This document shows, in pieces, positions 11,906 to 22,718 of a stretch of DNA of 64,000 nt. How positions within the stretch are numbered: the first letter of the stretch is position 1; each line of letters starts with the position of its first letter. The stretch is taken from the NCBI GenBank assembly GCA_022813865.1, contig JALDZX010000001.1, positions 310,001 to 374,000 of the forward strand, read 5' to 3'. Source of the stretch: Xylographa opegraphella (lineage: Eukaryota). The notes under the pieces were generated by a model. The model did not search any database and was not told the DNA's origin. It was given only the letters and a program-made list of their open reading frames with translations. The position numbers and the translations under genes are program-made.

Positions 11906-12712
11906 TCATGGCAAGTTAATACTTCCAACCTCGAAATACTCCTCCGATCCATTTTCCCCATCAACTTTTCTTGCTCCCATCTCACAGATAGCCACTTTCT
12001 CAAGCCTAATCCCTTCGGCCCACGTAGTCTCCCCGAATCTTTCTCAAACATGCGTAGCATCGAACCCTCCCCTTCCTTTCCCTTGCTTTCCGTGTCCACC
12101 ACCAACGGTCCTCTTGCTGCGCTCTTTTGCATAGACGGTATTGACGATAGTGGTATGTAACAGTAACGGTCTTGTGTCCGGCAGAAGAAAACCTGCGTCT
12201 GTGAACGCTGTCTGCAACGCAAGACAGAATTGCTGTAAGCGGTTAGAAGAGTCATGAGGGCTGGCGTAAAGTATTGAGGTAGACGACGGGCTGTGCATAG
12301 GTCGAAGTCCAATGACAGAGATAACAAGACGGGTTGCGGTTACATCTCCCTGTGAAGTGTTGATGACTACGCCGCTCAAACGTTGTTGCTCTCGATTACT
12401 GATAGGGTGGTTACCTAATTGTTCCATTACTGACGCTGCAGCCTTGTTGAGAAGTGCGTGTATATCCAGTGACTGTAAGAAGGTAATCGCAGCATCGAGC
12501 CGATCCCTAGATTGGAGGCTCATAACGCCCAAAGTCACGTGAAGCGTTCCCAGTGGACGTATCGCCTTTTCTGGTATTTGAGGGTTGACTTCACCATCAG
12601 AGCCAGTGACAGACATGGTAAATTGCTCGAGAGAATGTAGTAATTGCGGTTTCGATATAGTGGTAACCAGAGGAACGCAAAGGAAGTGGGTAAGAGGAGG
12701 TCGAGCAAGCAT
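11906..12712 (-). pseudogene. AKAP7/ASCC1-like 2H phosphoesterase (2'-5' RNA ligase-like) with an in-frame premature TGA at 12044-12046
   Basis: RPPLTHFLCVPL and two HxT motifs (LHVTL, LHTTI). After the TGA the same frame continues 45 codons with family-like ERFGETTWAEGIRLEKVAICEMGARK...EEYFEVGSINLP to a second TGA. Confidence 0.75.
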
Positions 12713-13362
12713 AGCTATGGAGGAATTACCAAACCAAATGACTTTCCCCGTGGTAAGGCTATGAAGTTTTCTGAAGTACAGAGTCGCTTTTGCAAGAAAT
12801 ACAGTGGTTTGAGATTCGGTATGCTGGAATGAAGCTCCGTCTTGTACAGTGCCTCCAAACAAGTTAGGACATTCAAAGTCTCCTGGCTCCGGCTACCAAC
12901 CGCGTTCATGTACGTTGTGCCCGAAGACGAAAGTTATGTTATTCGCAAAGTTGGGCACACTACAACATACCAAAATAAAGAGTTGAGGACCGAGAATTCA
13001 GAACAGCCAAACCCTACACTAACCGAACCTGTTTCTCACCCGGCAGAAAGTTGTTTCGCTTAGGCCCAAGTCGAGAGTCCGGTACTCTTTTCGTACCGGC
13101 CTACTAAGATAATCGTGCTATATGAACACAACTAGGTATCCCAGTGACGGCTGTTGCGTTCATCCAAGAGGACAATAATTTTGCAGGCATTTCATCAAGT
13201 ATTTGGATTTACAGCGGATAGAGAGGATAGACAGACTATATGCCTTGAATCCATACCCCAGGTGTTCCGAGCTCATACGAGACATGATATTGTAAATAGC
13301 AAGACCCTCGCGTCATGAAAGTGATTTAAAGTCCGTAAAACTGTTGGATAGCCCACCATAGG

Positions 13363-14007
13363 CTACGAATTTGATTCATGATAGAATGCCTTGAGCTTCT
13401 TTTCCACTTCCGCATAGTCCACCTTCAAGACGGCAAGGGTGTCCTGGATACGGCATAAGCTTTTGTCATCATCGAGCTCATCCTCGGTGCCGCTTTCGTC
13501 CTTCCGTGCGCCGTAGTGCTGGATCTTTTCGCAGCTGTCCTTGACTTTCGTAAGGCCCAAGGTGGCAGATGAGCCTTTGAGGAAATGCCCAAGCTGACTC
13601 AGTTCTCCGAGATCCCGCTTGGCTCTGGTGTGGGAAACGGTTAGGAAGTCACCATGAAAATCAATAGGTGGTCTGGAAAGTCGGGCGACGGACGATAGCA
13701 GTAGTGACTCACATGCATGTCTCCATCCTATGGAAAGTTGCTACCGCTTGCTCAAAAAAACCGAAGACGATGCTGCGGGAGAAATCGCGCTCTTCCTCGT
13801 CGTCATCCATCTCTAGGATCTGCTCGAATGTCATCGGGTCGATGCTATCTCCCCAATCTGGTAGGGCAGATGATCCATCTTCCGACTGTGGCGAGCGCTT
13901 GGTCAGCATAACCGTCACCCTCATTGCTCAGGATCTCCAGTCGGTTCTGATGCGTGGAGCAGACGTACTCGGTCTTCCGAGGCCCCTTGTTTATGAGCGC
14001 TCGCCAT
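13363..14007 (-). CDS. YPD1: Histidine phosphotransfer protein Ypd1/YpdA, 2 coding introns; extra 5'-UTR intron at about 14308-14361
   Basis: TFEQILEMDDD, GFFEQA and the Hpt motif LGHFLKGSSATLGLTKVKDSCEKIQ. Exon 1 MASAHKQGASEDR is followed by a GTACGT donor. Confidence 0.93.
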
Positions 14008-14746
14008 GATGGCCGGACAACGATGAACGATTGCGCTTGTGGATAAGGCAATGTTGCACACCAGGCGTGTGACTCGTGCTGACAACTTCACTTGGCACTG
14101 GATTTCCAAAGCCAAGCTGATTTAAGTTTGCTGCTGAGGCTATCCTCGCCTTGGGAGGACCGTGTTGTTGGCTGATTTAGGAGCCTATCAGAAGCAGAAA
14201 GACGATTTTTGCAGGCAGCAACAAGCTTCGATGACCGCGAGCAAGGTGTACTGAGAAGAACAAAAAAAGTCGGAGCTGATGGTTGATGGTTATCTCTCCG
14301 TGCAGACTATTCGTCTCGTTAGCTTCGAACCTTGCAGACTCGTCAGTGCAGGGAAGGCTTACGGAACGAATGACAAACGTGTGAGTCTTCGGAGGTGTTA
14401 CGGACTTCCGGGGCCCTTAAGAGGGGGTCAGGAGGAAGCTTCTGGGACAGCGTAGAATGGGAGATACAGAAACGGTCTGATCTGATTGCGGGAGGAGGAT
14501 GCGGAGGGGTAGCAGTAAATTTAGATAGGCCAAGGTAGCGCGGCCGGAGCCCTCGAGCGTCCCACCTGTAGTTGAAGATGAGACCACGGTGAGACTGGAC
14601 GACCGGGTGGTGGAGAAGGAGGCCCCACTAACACAGGAGACAGCTCCACGCTCTGCCCGCGACATGAGATCATACTCTCCCACCTTCCCTCCTCCCGCCC
14701 CCGCAAGAGCTGGGAAACAACTACTACGACGCTGCTGCCTTCGAGA

Positions 14747-14753
14747 TATAAAA
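14747..14753 (+). promoter_or_regulatory. TATA box candidate for a plus-strand transcript with no convincing CDS
   Basis: TATAAAA followed by a CT-rich tract (14890-14980) and a GTAAGT donor at 14999. Confidence 0.3.
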
Positions 14754-14996
14754 GGATCTACATGCTCACATGCATCGGCGCTTCGTTCGACAAACACGGG
14801 GCATACGGTTCAGAGCACGAGCGGGTGCAGAGTGCTTCCGACCATCCTCGGACCGCAGAGTTGCAGTCGCCCTTCCAACCCTGCAGCATGCTCTCTCTCG
14901 TTCTTATTTTCTCGATTAATATTCCGGTCCCGGTCCAAGTGACACCCACCGGCCCTCGGCTCTCTCCTTCCCCTTCGTGCTACCTAGCAGATAGAT

Positions 14997-15030
14997 AGGT
15001 AAGTCAAGGTAAGGTAAGGTAAGGTTAGGT
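14997..15030. repeat. Short (AAGGT)n microsatellite
   Basis: AGGTAAGTCAAGGTAAGGTAAGGTAAGGTTAGGT. Confidence 0.7.
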
Positions 15031-15490
15031 ATCTTTCACCCACCCATTCTCGTGGCCAGGGAGCCAGGCTTAAGTCTCCCCCTTTCGGCGGAACTCTCGT
15101 GCCAGGATGACGCTGCCCACCAAAAGGAGCACCCACCAAGCAATGCCGTCATCCTGCAGCTGTCCTACGCGGCCGCTATTCCTCTTGTAGTCTAGCGTGT
15201 CGAATAGCCACGTCGAGAAAATCCTCCTGTGTATCGATGAGTGTTGGACGCCTTCTCCGAGTCTACCAATGTATCGCAGTCGTAGATATAAGTATGAGCC
15301 TACCTTATGGTCGCCGCCGAAGACCACGAACCAAGCCCGCTGCTGTCTGGTATCATTGGGCAGTCAGTCAATCGTTTGTGCGTGGTGCGTTGTGCGTTGT
15401 GCGTTGTGCTCGATTGAGATCGGCGACCCTGCTTCTGTTCCCGTTCAAGTCGTTAGCGTGCCCACCGTCTACCTTACACCCCTCCTACAG

Positions 15491-15925
15491 TAGAGAGCTT
15501 CTTGCATGGGGGGGCGTGTACGAGCCATGCGACAGCCATGAAGTCGGCTGTCGCCTGAAGCTTCCTCGCCATCCCGGGAAACCGTGAGCGACTGCGTGGG
15601 CAGCAACTAAACCGGCCCCTGTTCGGGTAGTGCACGCAGTAGTCTCGCTAAGGGTAGAGCCGCAAGCTACGGGGGAGATGGGGAACCTCTGATGCTGAAA
15701 TCATGCCGTTGTTTCACACTGGATACACTGGGGAGCCGGGTGGCCCAACTACGACGCAAGGAGGTTTATGTGATCGCGGGCCCCGTCGCTGGTGGGCACG
15801 ACGCAATCTTCCTCCGTGTCGACTCCGCAAGGCCGACGACGGCTGGGTGGCATTGGCCTCCGTGCTGTTGCACCACAGCAAAGTGATCGACAAGCGCTAT
15901 CGGTGACAGAGCTTGCTCGATCCTC
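15491..15925 (+). ncRNA. Candidate structured non-coding RNA of unassigned family
   Basis: Many nested perfect stems (e.g. 15529-15537/15546-15554, 15591-15598/15633-15640) plus 15885-15895/15911-15922 with one bulge. GAAA/GCAA loops read on the + strand. No credible protein. Confidence 0.6.
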
Positions 15926-16314
15926 TCGGCACCTCTCCACCTCTCCACGTCTGCACGGTGACACAACTCCACGTTCACTGGACGCGGGAAGAGCCCCGGT
16001 ATTCTGCCGGGACATGGGATTTTCTTCCTTCCTATGTAGACTACCCTCCGTGCCTCCACACCGCACCGAAGCTCACTGACCCCCATCCAAAACTGCCCGT
16101 CCCAAACTCTGCGCTCCACAGATGAACAAAACAGCCGGCGCCCGAGCAGACGGAAATTCTATTCCAAGGTTTGCCGAAGTAAAAGGCTCCGAACATGCAT
16201 GAGACTTTTGATCTGGGGTAGGAGACAACGACATGGAAGAAGGTAAACTCTAACCCAATTACATTAACCGCAACCGTAACACTGGCCGCCTTGCTGGCTT
16301 CTGATCCCTGATGA

Positions 16315-17985
16315 CTAGCTTGTGACCTTGTGGATCGCCTCTGCAAGGCGCTTGACATTGCCGGTGGTGATGCCCGCCACGGATATGCGGCCATCCTTGG
16401 TAGCATACACATGCTGGATCCCACATCAATCAGCCTTGCTCAACCCTCTCACGCGATCGACTCACCTCTTTCGCTAATTGATCCATTTGGACGGGTGTCA
16501 GGCCGGTATAGGCGAACATGCCGATCTGTCACCGATGCGTTAGTGCTGCTTCCCGGTTGGGTTGACTTCGGAGTGGATGGCAGACCTGAGAAGTGATGTG
16601 GCTCCAATCGTGTTTGCTGCCGATGTCCTCGAGGTTCTTCTTCAGTAGTGCCCGCATACTGATAATTCGATCAGCCATCCCCTTGACCTCCTCAAGCCAT
16701 TGCTTGTTGAGCGTGGGATCGTTCAGGATCTCGGATGCAATACGAGCTCCGTGCACGGGCGGGTTCGAGTAAAGTGGTCGTACTAAGATCTTGAGCTGCG
16801 AGTCGACCCGTTTCTTCTCTTCTGACGACTCGGTAACAATCGAGAACGCGCCGACACGTTCGCCGTACAAACCCTGCAGATGTCTCAGTACGCAAATGCT
16901 CCTCGGATGTGACGACATTGAAACTCACCATGTTCTTGGCAAAGCTCTGAGCGAGGCACAAATTGTGACCCTCTTTGATGAAGTGCCTAATAGGAAAAGC
17001 GTCCTTGTTGGTGTCACCACTTGCAAACCCCTGGTACGCCATGTCGAAAAATGGATAATGCTTTTTCTCCTTCACAACGTCGCTGATTTGCTTCCATTGA
17101 GCTTCGGTTGGATCGATCCCAGTGGGGTTATGAGCGCATGCATGAAGAAGCACCATACTTCCTTCTGGCGCAGACTTCAGGTCGGCCACCATTCCCTCAA
17201 AGTCTAATCCAATGGTGTCCTTGTTATAGTATCTGTATTTCTGTACATCAAGTCCCGAGTCCTTGAACACGGCATTATGGTTTGCCCAACTGGGCGTGGG
17301 TATGAAAATCTTCTTCCCATTGGGATAGAATCTGGCTAAAAACTCGCCACCGATTCGCAGAGCACCAGTACCGGAGATGGATTGGGTGATGACAACTCTG
17401 TCCTCTTTGATAGGTGCTGAGTCGGGGCCGTAGGCCAGGATTGCTGCAGCCTTAGTGAACGAAGGTACTCCAGTTATTCCGGCATATTCTTTGTCCATAT
17501 TCGAGTCAATGATTTTCTTTTCCGCTGTCCTGACTGAAGGTAAAACATATGGCTTTCCCTTATCATCGCCTATAAGAGATTGTTAGTAACGAAATGCTAC
17601 CAAGGAATATTCAACGTACGATAAGCTCCGACTCCCAGGTTGATCTTTTCCCCGAAGCTGTCGGCCTTGAAGGCCTCAGTGATACCTGATATCTATAAGT
17701 GTGAATCTCTAGTAAGAGCCAGCAGGATGATATACCTAGGATCGCCTTGAAAGGGTAAATTCAGTCAGTGATTTGGCCATCGCTCAAGAGTGGTTGGACT
17801 ATGCTTACATCCTACATCTCGTTAGCTCACGGTCCAGCCTAGTGAATAGGTACTATATTTCATACCGGGGGACCTTGTTGGACATTGGCCCAAGTCGAGG
17901 CTGGTCTTGAAGATGTTGCGAGGGCATTGACTAAACCACGAGATCCAATGGCTCGTTGCGTTGCAAGTCGACTGCAAGGTAACAT
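16315..17985 (-). CDS. AAT1: Aspartate aminotransferase, mitochondrial type, multi-exon with 3-nt and 10-nt microexons
   Basis: Arg/Ser-rich presequence, then [70 protein letters not shown] and IGMFAYTGL. Confidence 0.95.
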
Positions 17986-18534
17986 TGTCGCGGACCTGTA
18001 ATGTTGCTATTGTTGTTCTGATACAAATAGAGTAATGCACGGAGAATGAAATAATCTGCAAAGCTTCAGGTTCGACAATGAAATTCGTAGAGCTTAAAGA
18101 GAGGCGAAGAAAGCTCGAATTTATCTCACTCGAACGCCCGGCCAAATCTTAATTCCGGGAACTCCCGTCCCGTTACGATAGGGCTGAAAGGGGGGACGCT
18201 AAAGTGCCCAGAGTACGGAGTAGGTACGCAGACAATCGCGTGTGGTAAGATACTTTGAAGAACATGAGTATGATCTTTGGCACAATGCTGTCGGAACTTG
18301 CTTTGAACGTTTCTCGACACTACCACTAACTCAGATGATTATAAGACTTCATTTATACAGCCGGCTCTGTTGTTTTATCATGAAAACCTCTTGAAAGTGA
18401 GAAGTTGCTAGATTACGGTGTCCATCCATTATACCTTCCTCTAGGCTTCACAATATTAAGAACAGGATCAATCTCGCATAGTTCTTACACCTATTCCAGC
18501 CTTCGGGTCAAATTATTCTGTCAATTCAGCGAAG

Positions 18535-19611
18535 ATGCACCAAGCTCTGCCTCCGCGCAAACTCTCACATGCGCCAAACTATACGCGAAGTACAATGTCT
18601 TCGTCGTTCCGGAGAAAGCGGCTCAAGATCATCGGGCTTATAGCTTTCGGGACTCTGGTGCTATACTTGGGCTTGACGAGTTTATTGTCGCCTGAGGCCA
18701 TTCGTATACCTTCAGGAACCCCTGAAGTGGTAATTGTTACGGTGATGGAACCGGACTTAAGCAGCGACTATGTGGTACGAATAAAAGAAAATAGGGATGA
18801 ATATGCAGCCCGGCATGGTTAGGAATCTCCAACCTCAAATCTGGAGCGGTCGAAGCTTATAACATCACTAGGCTACAAAACATTCTATCCCAATGCCTCA
18901 GATTATAACGTGGGCTCTGCTCCGAGAACATGGTCCTTGATTCCAGCTTTACGGCACGCAATGACTTTATATCCTCACACGACCTATTTCTTCTCCTTAT
19001 CTCCACATGCACTTTTCATGAATCCTAAACTCTCCCTGACGTCCCACATCATGGCACCCCAGCGACTAGAATCGCTCATGCTGAAGGACAAGCCAGTCGT
19101 GCCTCCCGACAGTGTTATACATACTTTCTCACATATCAAAGGAGATAAGATAGATCTTGTTCTAACACAAGATGGAGAGGGGTTATGTCAAGAGAGCTTT
19201 ATACTACGACAAGGAGAATGGGCACAATTCTTCTTAGATATCTGGTTTGATCCTCTTTATAGAAGCTACAACTTCCAAAAGGCTGAGGGTCATGCACTCG
19301 TAAGCTCACCAAATGAGACAAAATTGGGGCCCATTCCCAGAACTATACACTGACTATGGTTGTTGTAGGAACACATTGTCCAATGGCATCCTACAATACT
19401 GACCAAGTTGTCGTTAATACCACAGAGGCTTCTGAACTCGTATACCGTCAAGATCGAAAGTCGAGGTGGCGATCAAGTTACATATCAGGAAGGAGACTAT
19501 GTGGTACGTGCTGTAGGATGTGAATTGGACAAGAGCCGTGATTGTGCAAAAGAGATGGATCCGTGGTTCCAACAATGGAAAAAAGATAGACAGACTGAGT
19601 CAAAGGCATGA
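18535..19611 (+). CDS. Golgi alpha-1,6-mannosyltransferase subunit (GMA12/MNN10 glycosyltransferase family, Mnn11-like), 2 introns
   Basis: Type II membrane anchor, then IKENRDEYAARHGY, WSLIPALRHAMT, KPVVPPDSVIHTF, WFDPLYRSYNFQKAE and HIVQWHPTILTKL. Confidence 0.88.
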
Positions 19612-20008
19612 TCTTTCAATTTGTGATACTCCATGCCTCGGGGGATTTCACCCTTATATAATCCGGAAATGATGGCTCGAAATGTTATGCATATAGATAC
19701 CCAAATGTTGAATTCACTATCATAGATCCGCAGGTCGGTCAGAACTAGTTCATTGTTATGTGTGTATTCGACAGCAAGACATATTATAGAAATATCGGGT
19801 CTTTTTGTCTATCGCACGACAGGATGATTTTTATTTAGAGAGTGTGAGACAATTGTGCAGGATGAAACCTTGCTTAACATGGTTTTATTGTAAGACGTTC
19901 GGACCCGAAAGTCCATCGATCCAGATGAAGGACAACAAAGCATCACAATCAATCATTAATACACCCGCCGGGTTACTGAGCTTCGGCCAGGTAAGAAAGT
20001 CTGACAGG

Positions 20009-20290
20009 AGATGTAGGCAAAAGTCATGGTTTATCCCTAGCATCACAGACCGACGGCCGATCAGCAAAGAGAGGTGGAATATGACGCCTACAGTTCCCAC
20101 TCATCCACCGAGCTCACCAAAAGGGAGCTCAGGTTTCAGGATGGGACTGTATTCCTCTGAAATCTGTCGACTGGAAATTGACATCATGTATATTTAGATG
20201 GCTCCATATAGGGTCGAACCGTCCCCAGATCAACCGAATGACCGAATCCGTGAGGAAGGCGACGGGATCTGAGGACACAGATTTGGTGAT
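20009..20290 (-). ncRNA. snR30: snR30/U17-type box H/ACA snoRNA (18S rRNA processing)
   Basis: Minus strand: 5' hairpin (20277-20284 pairs 20160-20167), H box AGAGGA (20153-20158), internal hairpin, then a 3' hairpin with m1 ATATTCCA (20075-20082) and m2 AAACCAT (20026-20032), ending ACA-TCT at 20009. The 5' end is approximate. Confidence 0.85.
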
Positions 20291-20527
20291 AGTGAAAGAA
20301 ACTGAGAACTTCGAAGTGAAGAATTTAGGTGTGTGCCAAGACCTTTTGAGTCTAACTCAACTGAGCTTAGAAGAGATGTGGCTGGTGCGTACCTGCCAAG
20401 CCACTGTTCACGGGCACTGTTCATTTGATTCTCGACACCCCATACTAAGAGGCCATTCGCATACTGGACTGAAAATTTCCGGGCAATGTATCTTTGATAG
20501 ATATCGCCTTTCCAATCTTTGTAAGCC

Positions 20528-22549
20528 ATGGATATTGCTGCGACCAACAAAATCCGTGTCGCCATCGGCCTTGCACCCCTTCCGGTTCCAGGTGGTGGAC
20601 CTACTTTCCGGTCTTCCAACGAATCTGATAGCTCGTCTGAGGAAGGCGAACCTGGCAGCACATTGGAGTCACGTCAAGCCGAAGGCTACGACAATTGGAG
20701 AAAGTTGCAAGACGATGCCGAGGCTAAGGCTAAACGTGAAGCAAGGAACGAGGCTATCAAGAAAGCGCGTGATGCTGCACAAAAAAGAGCGAAACTAGAG
20801 GGGAAGGGTCTAGGCGAAGCTGACGAGGCGACAGAGCTGGACACAAGAAGTTGGTTGATTCAACAGAAGAAGAGACAGAAATGGTTAGAGCGGGAAAGAG
20901 AGAAAACAAGAAAGTTAGAAGAGGAACTACGAGAAAGGGAAAGCGCCGTTCAATATACAGGGAGAGACCTTGCTGGTGTCAAAGTCGGGCACGAGCTTGG
21001 AGAGTTCGAAGGTGACGAGGAGCAAGTGCTCGTATTGAAGGATACGACGATCGAAGAAAACGAGGAAGAAGGAGATGAGTTAGAAAATCTGGATATGCGT
21101 GAGAGGGAGAAACTCGGGGAAAGGCTGAATCTTAAGAGAAAGAAGCCAGTTTATGATCCCAACGATGTTGAGGAAGCAGGCGAAAACGTTCTTCTAAAGC
21201 AGTATGATGAGACAATCGATGGAAAGAAGAGGAAACGGTTCACTTTGGATGCACAAGGGTCTACGGTCGAAGAAAGAGAAGCCCTTAAGCAGACTGTTGG
21301 GGAGAGGCTCAAGGCGCAACCTATCAGTCTCGACATCTTGAAGGATATTGGCTCTTCGGACTATGTCGAAATATCGGATATCAAAGTCAAAAAGCCTAAA
21401 AAGAAAAAAGCCAAATCAACTCGACAGAAGCTTGCCGATGATGATGATGAGGTACTGATAGAGCAGCCGTCCGTAGAGGTTGGAGTTGATGATGGAGTAA
21501 TGAACGTTGATTCTGGCAATATCTCTGTTCTAGCCGCTACGAATAAAGCACAGGATCAGAATGTCTCCTTCGTCGACGACGACGAGTTACAAGCATCGCT
21601 GGCAAAGCAGCGGCGAGAAGCACTGAGAATGCGGAAGAAGTTAAAACCTGAAGATATTGCCCGACAGCTTAAAGAGGAAGCCGAAGAAGGAGAAAAAAGC
21701 AGCAATGAACCAGAAGAGGAAAGCGGTCTTGTAATCGATGAAACTTCAGAGTTCGTTGCTAATCTGCAGCGGCCTACGGTACTGGTTAAATCAAGAAAAA
21801 TTGCTTCTGCCAAGTCTCATGGGGATGCAGCTGGTGCATCGCCCTCAGGGGTTGACGACGAAGGAGACTTTCAAATGAGCGACTCTCATGCAGATGTTGA
21901 TGACGCAGACGAGGAAGCTGCTCGTATTAAACGAGAATCATCCACTCCTGCTCAGAACGGCCTCACAATTACGGGGTTGGAGGAAGAGTCTACGCTCAAC
22001 AATGGGATCGGTGCAACATTAACTCTCCTCTCGCAGCGAGGCTTGATCAAGAAGGAAGATACGGGTGATATAAATGCTCTGCACCGTGAACGGCAAAAGT
22101 TTTTAGCTGAGAAGCAAAAACGCGAAGCTGCTGCGGAACAGAAAGCTCGTGTCCAGCGAGAACGAGATCGTGCTAGTGGTAAGCTGGATCGTATGTCTGC
22201 TCGAGAGCGGGAGGAGTATGCGCGTTGGGAAAACAAGCAGCGCGACCAAGCCGAATCGAGGCAGATGGCGGAGATCTTCAGCCGCGAGTATAAGCCCGAT
22301 GTACAGCTCAAATATGTGGATGAATTCGGGCGGTCGATGAATCAGAAAGAAGCATTCAAACATCTCAGTCACCAGTTTCACGGGAAGGGAAGCGGGAAGC
22401 AGAAAACAGAGAAGCATTTGAAGAAGATCGACGACGAGAAGAAGAAGGAAGCCCAGAGCTCGTTAGATAGTAGCCAAACTACAGGTATGAACAATGCGCT
22501 GGGCGCAACGACCAAGAAGAACCGCCAGGCGGGCGTCAGATTGGCATAG
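20528..22549 (+). CDS. SNU66: U4/U6.U5 tri-snRNP protein Snu66 / SART-1
   Basis: HIND-like N-terminus (TNKIRVAIGLAPLP), LKDTTI, LVIDETSEFV and YVDEFGRSMNQKEAFKHLSHQFHGKGSGKQKTEK. Confidence 0.95.
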   Translation: MDIAATNKIRVAIGLAPLPVPGGGPTFRSSNESDSSSEEGEPGSTLESRQAEGYDNWRKLQDDAEAKAKREARNEAIKKARDAAQKRAKLEGKGLGEADEATELDTRSWLIQQKKRQKWLEREREKTRKLEEELRERESAVQYTGRDLAGVKVGHELGEFEGDEEQVLVLKDTTIEENEEEGDELENLDMREREKLGERLNLKRKKPVYDPNDVEEAGENVLLKQYDETIDGKKRKRFTLDAQGSTVEEREALKQTVGERLKAQPISLDILKDIGSSDYVEISDIKVKKPKKKKAKSTRQKLADDDDEVLIEQPSVEVGVDDGVMNVDSGNISVLAATNKAQDQNVSFVDDDELQASLAKQRREALRMRKKLKPEDIARQLKEEAEEGEKSSNEPEEESGLVIDETSEFVANLQRPTVLVKSRKIASAKSHGDAAGASPSGVDDEGDFQMSDSHADVDDADEEAARIKRESSTPAQNGLTITGLEEESTLNNGIGATLTLLSQRGLIKKEDTGDINALHRERQKFLAEKQKREAAAEQKARVQRERDRASGKLDRMSAREREEYARWENKQRDQAESRQMAEIFSREYKPDVQLKYVDEFGRSMNQKEAFKHLSHQFHGKGSGKQKTEKHLKKIDDEKKKEAQSSLDSSQTTGMNNALGATTKKNRQAGVRLA

Positions 22550-22718
22550 ATATGCAAAGCTTGCTCTCATGGGCACTGAGTCAACCTATTCAATACAATA
22601 GAAATATCAGCCACGTTGGTTGTGACTAGACCTTTGTCATAGACTGTTTTGTCACGGCGGGAACTCTGTAATGTCTAAGAAAGACATTGCCACGTTTCCC
22701 TTTCCCTTTCCCGGGACA

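Noticed and set aside
14750..16300. Telomerase RNA gene as the identity of the structured intergenic region
   Set aside because: No TAACCCTAA-type template on either strand and no clear U-rich/A-rich pseudoknot. It cannot be fully excluded if the telomere repeat is atypical.
19986..19997. U1 snRNA 5' end (CTTACCTGG on the minus strand)
   Set aside because: Lacks the ATAC start, the U1 stem-loops and an Sm site; it is only the complement of a donor-like CAGGTAAG.
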